Assembly: GCA_050249955.1 (NCBI GenBank)
Contig: JBFWPN010000002.1
Coordinates: forward strand, 392,442-456,441
Reading direction: 5' to 3'
DNA from: Vicinamibacterales bacterium
GTDB lineage: Bacteria > Acidobacteriota > Vicinamibacteria > Vicinamibacterales > CAVVIG01
Length of the DNA stretch: 64,000 nucleotides
The position numbers were made by a program, and so were the translations under genes. Shown here one piece after another: positions 57,080-64,000 of the stretch (the first letter of the stretch is position 1; the number at the start of each line of letters is the position of its first letter). A model generated the notes under the pieces. It was not told the origin of the DNA. It ran no database searches and saw only the letters and a program-made list of their open reading frames with translations.

Positions 57080-57979
57080 ATGATTCGAGCACGTCTTCCT
57101 CTTCCCGTCCTTGCCGGCCTGCTGTCCTTGACCACCGCGCTGCTTGGGTCCGCCTGTGGTGGCGGTGACGAGACCGCCGGTCCGCCCCAGGCCACGCCGA
57201 GCGTGTCGCTCAGCTTCGAGCGCGTACCAGCCGGCAGCCCGCTCGAGATCACCTACAAGTTCGTGGTCGCCTCCGACGCGTCGTTCAGCGAGGACTACCG
57301 TGTGTTCGTCCACGTCGTCGACACGGACGAGGAGCAGATGTGGAATGACGACCACGATCCGCCCACCCCGACGTCGCAGTGGAAGCCCGGGCAGACGATC
57401 GAGTACACGCGGACGATCTTCGTGCCGGTGTTTCCGTACGTGGGGGATGCCACCCTCCAGGTGGGCCTGCACTCCGTGAAGGACCAGCGGCGCGTGGCCA
57501 TGACCGGCGAGGATGCCGGCCAGCACTCCTACCGGGTGGCGAAGCTGCAGCTCCTGCCGCAGACCGACAACCTCTTCACGGTCTTCAAGGACGGCTGGCA
57601 CCCGGCAGAGACCGCGGCGCACGACCCGGCGCTGGAGTGGCAGTGGACGAAGAAGCAGGCCACGCTGGCGTTCAAGAATCCCAAGAAGGACGCCATCTTC
57701 TACTTCGACCTCGACAGCCCGGGCAAGGACCTGCACGGACCGCAGCAGGTGTCCGTCATGCTGGGCGGCCAGGCCGTACAGACCCTGACGGTGCAGCCGG
57801 AAGAGCGGTCGCTGCACAAGATCACCCTGCCCGGCAACCTGATGGGCGAGGCGGATCTGGCGGAGCTGCAGATCGTGGTGGACAATACGTTTGTGCCGTC
57901 CACGATCACGAACGGCACCAGCAAGGATCCCCGTGAACTGGGCGTTCGCGTCTTCCACGCTTTCGTCGACCCGCGGTAG
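57080..57979 (+). CDS. Hypothetical lipoprotein (299 aa)
   Basis: Lipobox LLGSAC after MIRARLPLPVLAGLLSLTTA. Predicted all-beta, Trp-rich body. No recognised domain. Confidence 0.7.
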   Translation: MIRARLPLPVLAGLLSLTTALLGSACGGGDETAGPPQATPSVSLSFERVPAGSPLEITYKFVVASDASFSEDYRVFVHVVDTDEEQMWNDDHDPPTPTSQWKPGQTIEYTRTIFVPVFPYVGDATLQVGLHSVKDQRRVAMTGEDAGQHSYRVAKLQLLPQTDNLFTVFKDGWHPAETAAHDPALEWQWTKKQATLAFKNPKKDAIFYFDLDSPGKDLHGPQQVSVMLGGQAVQTLTVQPEERSLHKITLPGNLMGEADLAELQIVVDNTFVPSTITNGTSKDPRELGVRVFHAFVDPR

Positions 57980-58652
57980 TCGGGCCTGGAGGGTCCGGCT
58001 GCTCGGCCTGACCCTCTGCCTCCTCGGCTTCCCGGTTGCGGCCCGGGCCGACCTGGTCACGTTCGTCACCGGACGGACGATGTCGGTTCGTGCACATCGC
58101 CCGGATGGCACCCGGGTCGTGCTCGAACTGCGTGGCGGCGGCGAGATGGTGGTCGAGACCGCACTTATCGCCGGGATCGGACCTGACGAGGTCCCGTATC
58201 CGGAGCCGGCCCCGGCAGCCGATCCGACCCAGCACGCCGCCCAGCCCGTTCCCCTGCCTGGCCTGCCAGCCCTGACCCGCCATCCGTCGTACGACTCGCT
58301 GATCCGGAAGGTGGCGGCCGAGCAGGGGGTCGACCCCACGCTCGTCCGGGCGGTCATCCAGGTGGAGTCGGCGTACCAGCCTCGTGCGCGGTCGAGCAAG
58401 GGGGCTCTCGGGCTGATGCAGGTGATGCCCGCGACGGGACGCCGGTACGGCATCCGCAATCTCTACGACCCTGCTGCCAATATCAGGGCAGGCGTCACCC
58501 ACCTCAAGACCCTGCTCGATCGTTTTCCACTCGAGCTGGCCCTGGCGGCCTACAACGCCGGGGAAGGGGCGGTCGAGCGGTTCGCCGGCGTGCCCCCGTA
58601 CCGGGAAACGCTGGACTACGTTGCACGCATCCGGGCGCTCACCGGGCTCTGA
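57933..58652 (+). CDS. Soluble lytic transglycosylase (SLT-domain) protein
   Basis: SLT motifs VIQVESAYQPRARSSKGALGLMQVMPATG and AAYNAGEGAV. Signal-like LLGLTLCLLGFPVAARA. The start is uncertain (GTG 57933 or ATG 57891); either overlaps the preceding gene. Confidence 0.8.
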   Translation: MNWAFASSTLSSTRGSRAWRVRLLGLTLCLLGFPVAARADLVTFVTGRTMSVRAHRPDGTRVVLELRGGGEMVVETALIAGIGPDEVPYPEPAPAADPTQHAAQPVPLPGLPALTRHPSYDSLIRKVAAEQGVDPTLVRAVIQVESAYQPRARSSKGALGLMQVMPATGRRYGIRNLYDPAANIRAGVTHLKTLLDRFPLELALAAYNAGEGAVERFAGVPPYRETLDYVARIRALTGL

Positions 58653-58673
58653 CGGGCTGCGCCGGGCCGGAGT

Positions 58674-58682
58674 TGATATACT
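58674..58682 (+). promoter_or_regulatory. Possible extended -10 element upstream of pilC
   Basis: TGATATACT (TGn + TATACT), 60 nt upstream of the GTG start at 58742. Confidence 0.3.
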
Positions 58683-58741
58683 CTCGGACTGTAATGTCCA
58701 CGGCTGCAATCTGTTGCGGTTTCGGCGGGGGCGCCTGACGG

Positions 58742-59953
58742 GTGGAGTTCCACTGTCGGCTCGCCTCGAGCACGGGCGAAATCGTGGAGGGGGTGTACGT
58801 AGCCGACTCCGAGGCACGCCTCCGCCATGAACTCGAGGAGAAGGGGCTCTACGTCCTCGCGCTCAAGCCTCGCGGTGCCGTGGCCGGCATCCCGTTCCGC
58901 CTCCCGAATCGCTCGACCATTTCGATGCGCGAGTTCCTGGTCTTCAACCAGGAACTGGCCACGCTCCTCAAGGCCGGCATGCCGCTGGTGCAGTCGCTCG
59001 ATCTCCTGAAGCGCCGCGTCACGACACCGCTGTTCCGCGGCGTCCTCGACGACGTGCACGAGCGGGTCCGGGCGGGGGCGGCGCTCTCGGATGCATTCGC
59101 CGCGCAGGGCAGCCTCTTTCCGAGCATCTACACCGCCTCGCTCGTCGCGGGCGAGCGCAGCGGCAACCTCGATGCGGTGCTGCGGCGGTTCGTGGAGTAC
59201 ACCAAGATTCTCGCGACGGTGAAGCGCAAGACGCTCTCGGCGCTGATCTATCCGGCCATCCTGACGGCACTCGCGTCCGGCGTGGTGGCGATCATCGTGC
59301 TCTGGGCGGTGCCGAACTTCGCCGACTTCTATGCGTCGTTCGGGGCCGAGCTTCCGTTGGTCACGCAGGTCATCGTGGCGGTGTCCGACATCCTGCGGCG
59401 CCACTACCTGATCATCCTGCTCGCGATAGGCGGGGCCGTGGCGTTCTTCATGAGCTGGATCCGGCAGCCTGGCCGCAGGGCCGTGCTCGATCGGCTCCTG
59501 TTGAGGCTGCCGTTCGTCGGCGAGATCGCGGCCAAGTTCGCCACCTCGCAGATGGCGCGGACGCTGGCCACGCTCCTGAGCGGCGGCCTGCCGCTCGTCA
59601 ACGCGCTCGACATCGCCGCGAGGTCTGTCGGCAACCAGTTCATGGCGCGTGAGCTGGACGTGGTGGGCACCCGCGTGCGGGAAGGCGTGGCATTCTCGGC
59701 AGCGCTCGAGGCGCGCGGCGTGTTTCCCGAAGTGGCCGTGAAGATGGCCGAGGTGGGGGAGTCGACCGGGGCCCTCCAGGACATGCTGAACACGGTGGCC
59801 GACTTCTACGACGAGGAGATCTCGACCAACATGGAGCGGTTCGTCACCGTCATCGAACCGGTGCTGCTGGTCGTGATGGGCATGGTCATCGCGGGGCTGC
59901 TGCTGGCGCTTTACATGCCGCTCTTCCAGCTCAGCGCGGTGCTGGCCGGCTAG
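58742..59953 (+). CDS. pilC: Type IV pilus / T2SS platform protein (GspF/PilC family)
   Basis: 403 aa with two T2SSF repeats (FLVFNQELATLLKAGMPLVQSL... and FATSQMARTLATLLSGGLPLVNAL...) and three TM segments. Confidence 0.9.
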   Translation: MEFHCRLASSTGEIVEGVYVADSEARLRHELEEKGLYVLALKPRGAVAGIPFRLPNRSTISMREFLVFNQELATLLKAGMPLVQSLDLLKRRVTTPLFRGVLDDVHERVRAGAALSDAFAAQGSLFPSIYTASLVAGERSGNLDAVLRRFVEYTKILATVKRKTLSALIYPAILTALASGVVAIIVLWAVPNFADFYASFGAELPLVTQVIVAVSDILRRHYLIILLAIGGAVAFFMSWIRQPGRRAVLDRLLLRLPFVGEIAAKFATSQMARTLATLLSGGLPLVNALDIAARSVGNQFMARELDVVGTRVREGVAFSAALEARGVFPEVAVKMAEVGESTGALQDMLNTVADFYDEEISTNMERFVTVIEPVLLVVMGMVIAGLLLALYMPLFQLSAVLAG

Positions 59954-59986
59954 GCGGCCTTCACGAGAGTCCGAAGTACATCGCGC

Positions 59987-61633
59987 ATGGCTGACGTCCC
60001 CACCCCCACCACCTCGCTGCACACTGACGCCCCCGACCTTGGGCCGGACGAGCACCTCGCCGAACTGGAGCAGGCCCGGCGCCTGGCCGAGCGGTACCGG
60101 CTCGAGTTCGTCGACATGGACACGTTCCGGATCGACCAGGAGCTGTTCCGGTCGATTCCCGCAGACCTGATGCTGCGGTACGGCTTCGTGCCCTATCGTC
60201 GCGACGGCCGCTCGCTCTGCATCGTCGTATCCGACCCAACCGACCTCCCGATGATCGACGAGCTGGGCGTGCTGCTGTCCACGCCGATCAAGGTGGCCGT
60301 GGGGCCACGCTCGGCGATCGAATCGATCCTGAAGAAGAGCGAGAGCTCGCAGCGCGTACTCGAGGATGCGACCGAGAGCTTCCAGCTCCAGCTCCTCAAG
60401 GACGATGACACCGCGGAAGACGCGCTGACGGTCGAGCGGCTGACCAGCGACATCAGCCCGGTCATCCGTTTGATCGACTCGACGATCTACACGGCGATCC
60501 AGCGGCGGGCGAGCGACATCCACATCGAGACGCAGGACGACGCGGTGTACGTGAAGTACCGCATCGACGGCGTCCTGCAGCCGGCCATGCGGCCGATCGC
60601 CAAGCAGTTCCACGGACCGATCATCTCGCGCATCAAGGTGATGGCCGAGCTGGACATTGCGGAGAAGCGGGTCCCGCAGGACGGCCGCTTCAAGCTCCGG
60701 ATGCCGGGCAAGACCATCGACTTCCGCGTCTCGATCATGCCGAGCGTGCACGGCGAGGACGCCGTGATCCGCATCCTGGACAAGGAGTCCATCAGCGAGC
60801 AGTTCACGGAACTGCGGCTCGACATCCTGGGCTTCCCGGAGGCCGAGCTCCGGCGGTTCCGGAAGTACATCGCCGAGCCCTACGGCATGGTGCTGGTCAC
60901 CGGTCCTACCGGCAGCGGCAAGACGACGACGCTGTATGCCGCGCTCTCGGAGATCAAGTCGGTCGAGGACAAGATCATCACGATCGAGGACCCGGTCGAG
61001 TACCAGCTCCGCGGCATCACGCAGATCCCGATCAACGAGAAGAAGGGCCTGACGTTCGCGCGTGGCCTGCGCTCGATCCTCCGGCACGACCCCGACAAGA
61101 TCATGGTCGGCGAGATCCGCGACGCGGAGACGGCACAGATCGCGATCAATTCGGCGCTCACCGGGCACCTGGTCTTCACGACCGTGCACGCGAACAACGT
61201 GCTCGACGTGCTCGGCCGCTTCCTCAACATGGGGGTGGAGGCCTACCAGTTCGTCTCGGCGCTGAACTGCGTCCTCGCGCAGCGGCTGGTGCGGACCATC
61301 TGTGTCCACTGCAAGCGGCCCGCACCGGTCTCGCGTGCGCTGCTCGAGGAGTCGGCGCTCGATCCGAACCTCGAGCACACCCACACGTTCTACGAGGGTG
61401 TGGGGTGCATCGAGTGCAACGGCACCGGGTACAAGGGACGGTTCGCGATCTGCGAACTCCTCGACCTCACGGATCGCATCCGCGAGATGATCCTGGCCAA
61501 GCGGCCCACGTCGGAAATCAAGAAGGCGGCCCGGGAAGAGGGCATGCGGTTCCTGCGAGAGTCGGCCGTCGAGCGCGTGATGGACGGCCATACCACCCTG
61601 CGTGAGATCAACAAGGTGACGTTCGTCGAATGA
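59987..61633 (+). CDS. pilB: Type IV pilus / T2SS assembly ATPase (GspE/PilB family)
   Basis: GspE_N domain, Walker A VTGPTGSGKTTTLYA, Asp box, Walker B IMVGEIRD, His box and tetracysteine CVHC...CIECNGTGYKGR. Confidence 0.95.
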   Translation: MADVPTPTTSLHTDAPDLGPDEHLAELEQARRLAERYRLEFVDMDTFRIDQELFRSIPADLMLRYGFVPYRRDGRSLCIVVSDPTDLPMIDELGVLLSTPIKVAVGPRSAIESILKKSESSQRVLEDATESFQLQLLKDDDTAEDALTVERLTSDISPVIRLIDSTIYTAIQRRASDIHIETQDDAVYVKYRIDGVLQPAMRPIAKQFHGPIISRIKVMAELDIAEKRVPQDGRFKLRMPGKTIDFRVSIMPSVHGEDAVIRILDKESISEQFTELRLDILGFPEAELRRFRKYIAEPYGMVLVTGPTGSGKTTTLYAALSEIKSVEDKIITIEDPVEYQLRGITQIPINEKKGLTFARGLRSILRHDPDKIMVGEIRDAETAQIAINSALTGHLVFTTVHANNVLDVLGRFLNMGVEAYQFVSALNCVLAQRLVRTICVHCKRPAPVSRALLEESALDPNLEHTHTFYEGVGCIECNGTGYKGRFAICELLDLTDRIREMILAKRPTSEIKKAAREEGMRFLRESAVERVMDGHTTLREINKVTFVE

Positions 61634-62580
61634 GCCGCTTCTCTCTTTCCCTGCAGGATGCGGCGCCCCCGATGGCCGCCGTGCAGATACTCGGATCGCG
61701 CATCTCCGGGCTGGCCCTCGAGGACCGCGGCGGGCGGTGCACCGTCGTGGCGCATGCCACCGAGGCGCTGCCGGAGCAGGCGCTCGTGCCGGCGCTCAAC
61801 ACCCTGAACGTCAGGGACCGGACCGTCGTGGCGGCGGCGCTCGGACGCGTGCTCGAGCGCATCGGCAACCCCCGGCGCATCGGTCTCGTGGTGGCCGATC
61901 CGGTGGTGAAGGTGTCGCTGGTCAGGCTCCAGCAGGTGCCCGGCCGGGCGCAGGATCTGGAGCAGGTCATCCGATGGCAGGTGCGCAAGAGCGCGCCGTT
62001 TGCCATCGACGACGCCCAGGTGTCCTTCGTGCCGGGCATCGCGGCGGCCGACGGCCAGGAGTTCATCGTGACGCTGGCCAGGCGTGACGTGATTGCAGAG
62101 TACGAGAGCCTCTGCGACGCGGCTGGCGCGCAGGCGGGCATTGTCGACCTGTCGACCTTCAACGTGGTGAACGCGGTGATCGCCGCCGGGTCCGTGCCGC
62201 CGGGCGACTGGCTGCTGGTGAACGTGTCGGCCGGGTGGGAGTCCATCGCCATCATGCGTGGCGGGCAGCTGATCTTCTTCCGCAGCCATGGGGCGGACGG
62301 GGAAGGCACGCTCACCGACGTCGTGCACCAGACGGCGATGTACTACGAGGACCGCCTGGGCGGCAGCGGCTTCAGCCGCGTGCTGCTGTGTGGCGGCGCC
62401 GAGGCCGGTGACCCGGCCACGCTGCGGCGCACCCTCGGTGAGCGGCTCATGACGGATGTGGAGGCGGTGGACCCGACGCGCGCAGCGTCGATGACCGACC
62501 GGATCGGTGCCGCGCCGGCGCTGCTCGACGCCCTGACCCCGCTCGTCGGGCTCATTCTCCGGAACCGGGAGGCCGCGTGA
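61630..62580 (+). CDS. pilM: PilM-like actin-fold pilus assembly protein
   Basis: The position and size fit PilM. Motif region VVADPVVKVSLVRLQQVP....LEQVIRWQVRKSAPFAIDDAQVSF is typical of PilM. Overlaps pilB by 4 nt. Confidence 0.75.
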   Translation: MSRFSLSLQDAAPPMAAVQILGSRISGLALEDRGGRCTVVAHATEALPEQALVPALNTLNVRDRTVVAAALGRVLERIGNPRRIGLVVADPVVKVSLVRLQQVPGRAQDLEQVIRWQVRKSAPFAIDDAQVSFVPGIAAADGQEFIVTLARRDVIAEYESLCDAAGAQAGIVDLSTFNVVNAVIAAGSVPPGDWLLVNVSAGWESIAIMRGGQLIFFRSHGADGEGTLTDVVHQTAMYYEDRLGGSGFSRVLLCGGAEAGDPATLRRTLGERLMTDVEAVDPTRAASMTDRIGAAPALLDALTPLVGLILRNREAA

Positions 62581-63194
62581 TCCGCACGAACCTGTCGACG
62601 CGCCCGTTCTACAACACGAGCGCCGTGCGCCTGTGGCTGGCGCTTGCCGGCCTGCTGGTCTTGGGTGCCACAGTCTTCAACGTGACACAGGTGCTGCGCT
62701 ACTCGAACAGCAACACCGAACTGGTGACACGGGCTGCCAACGACGAGGCCCGGGCTGCCGAGCAGCGGCGGACGGCCCAGCGGCTCCGGTCCACCGTGGA
62801 CGTGGCCCAGGTCGACGCCGTCTCGGTGGATGCCCGCCAGGCCAACGACCTGATCGATCGCCGCACCTTCTCCTGGACCGAGCTGTTCAACCGCTTCGAG
62901 GGGACGCTTCCCGATGACGTGCGGATCACCGCGGTGCGTCCGGAGGTGGACAAGGATCGACGCACGCTGCTGACGGTCAACGTGCTCGCGCGCTCCGTGG
63001 ACGATGTCAACCGTTTCATGGAGAACCTGGACCGGACCGACGCGTTCCTCGAGCTCCGTTCGAGCCAGGAGCAGACCAACGACGAGGGCCAGATCGAATC
63101 GTCGCTGCAGATGATCTACCGGCCGGTGCCGCCGGAGCAGCCGGCCGCCGATGCGGCAGCCGCCACGCCTGCGGTTGCGGGAGGCGCACGATGA
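62577..63194 (+). CDS. pilN: PilN-like bitopic pilus assembly protein
   Basis: GTG overlapping the pilM stop. Short cytoplasmic N-terminus VIRTNLSTRPFYN, one TM segment, then a coiled coil and ferredoxin-like periplasmic part. Confidence 0.7.
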   Translation: MIRTNLSTRPFYNTSAVRLWLALAGLLVLGATVFNVTQVLRYSNSNTELVTRAANDEARAAEQRRTAQRLRSTVDVAQVDAVSVDARQANDLIDRRTFSWTELFNRFEGTLPDDVRITAVRPEVDKDRRTLLTVNVLARSVDDVNRFMENLDRTDAFLELRSSQEQTNDEGQIESSLQMIYRPVPPEQPAADAAAATPAVAGGAR

Positions 63195-63769
63195 ACCCGC
63201 TCGTACGACGCGCGTTCAGCGAGAACCGGGCGATCAGTGTCGCCCTCGCCGTGGCGCTCGTCGCCAACGTGCTGGCCTACATCTTGGTGGTGCGTCCCCT
63301 GGAGGCCAAGTCGACGGGGGCGGAGGATCGGGCGGCGGCTGCCGCGAACGCGCTGCGTGCGGCCGAGCGTGAGCGCGCGCAGGCCGACGCGCTCGTGAAG
63401 GGGAAGGCCACGGCCGACGAGGAGCTTGCGGCGTTCTACCAGAAGGTGCTGCCGAGCGACATGACCGCTGCGCGGCGGATGACCTACGCCAGCCTGCCTG
63501 CCCTCGCGCGCCGCACCGGGGTCCGCTACGAGGCGCGCACCACCAACATCGAGGAGGTGGACCGCGATCACCGGCTCGAGCGGATGACGATTCGCATGAG
63601 CCTGCAGGGCGAGTATGCGAACCTGCGGCAGTTCATCTATGCGCTCGAGAGCGCGCCGGAGTTCGTCATCATCGACGGTGTCACGCTGGTGGAGAGCCAG
63701 GGCGACGAGCCGCTCAGCCTGACCCTCGATCTCTCCACCTACTACCGCGTGCGCCCGAATGCCTCCTGA
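63191..63769 (+). CDS. pilO: PilO/GspM-like pilus assembly protein
   Basis: One TM segment (AISVALAVALVANVLAYILVV), a coiled coil and a C-terminal LQGEYANLRQFIYALESAPEFVIIDGVTL resembling PilO/GspM. Overlaps pilN by 4 nt. Confidence 0.65.
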   Translation: MNPLVRRAFSENRAISVALAVALVANVLAYILVVRPLEAKSTGAEDRAAAAANALRAAERERAQADALVKGKATADEELAAFYQKVLPSDMTAARRMTYASLPALARRTGVRYEARTTNIEEVDRDHRLERMTIRMSLQGEYANLRQFIYALESAPEFVIIDGVTLVESQGDEPLSLTLDLSTYYRVRPNAS

Positions 63770-64000
63770 ACGCCGCCGGCTCATCGTGCTGCTCACCATC
63801 CTCGGCGCGGTGGTGCTGGTGGCGGTGTATCGATTCTGGCCGTCGGCGCCTGACGCGGCTGCGGCCCGCGCGGCAGCGCGCCCGGCTGCGAGACCGACCG
63901 CGGCTGCCACCCTGTCCGCGCCAGACGTGCACCTGCAGGCGCTCCAGGGCGAGCGGCCACGCCCCGTGGAGGAGCCCGGCCGGGACCTGTTCCGGTTCAT
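63759..64000 (+). CDS. PilP-like / unknown pilus-operon protein, 3' end outside the window
   Basis: My hand translation gives MPPERRRLIVLLTILGAVVLVAVYRFWPSAPDAAAARAAARPAARP...PVEEPGRDLFRF with no stop before the window edge. One TM segment, an Ala/Pro linker and an R-D-x-F-type motif. Overlaps pilO by 11 nt. Not in the supplied ORF track. Confidence 0.5.
   Translation, partial: MPPERRRLIVLLTILGAVVLVAVYRFWPSAPDAAAARAAARPAARPTAAATLSAPDVHLQALQGERPRPVEEPGRDLFRF

Overview
A 64-kb stretch of a very G+C-rich bacterial chromosome. Third codon positions are almost always G/C, so real genes stand out clearly from the many long antisense shadow ORFs. The protein repertoire could fit Acidobacteriota or a similar soil lineage, but that is inference only. 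Most of the window is densely packed housekeeping genes: larC (5' partial), metG, tatD, ispB-like, ligA, htrA, an NtrC-type regulator, RNase P RNA, prfC, gcvTHP, nnr-tsaE, guaB, secA and comM. Many secreted peptidases and hydrolases are interspersed. I found no rRNA, tRNA, CRISPR array, transposase, integrase or prophage genes.

Four regions go beyond housekeeping:
1. **Orphan microcompartment module (54.9-57.0 kb).** A PduA-like BMC-H shell gene sits 6 nt upstream of an acylating aldehyde dehydrogenase. That enzyme carries a 120-aa C-terminal tail containing an encapsulation-peptide-like helix. No other microcompartment component is present in the window. This is my top candidate for something new.
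2. **Possible sigma-54 circuit (30.0-36.0 kb).** It comprises comEA, a GspH/FimT-like pseudopilin, a PilZ protein, a 536-aa unknown, an enhancer-binding protein with a degenerate GAFTGA loop, a secreted Cys/aromatic-rich protein and a 63-aa membrane protein. Three -24/-12-like elements sit in front of three of these units.
3. **A 1.1-kb gap (29.0-30.1 kb)** with no credible coding frame.
4. **A type IV pilus / T2SS-like assembly operon** (pilC-pilB-pilM-pilN-pilO-pilP-like) that runs off the right edge of the window.

All functional calls rest on motifs I recognise by eye. No database search was possible.
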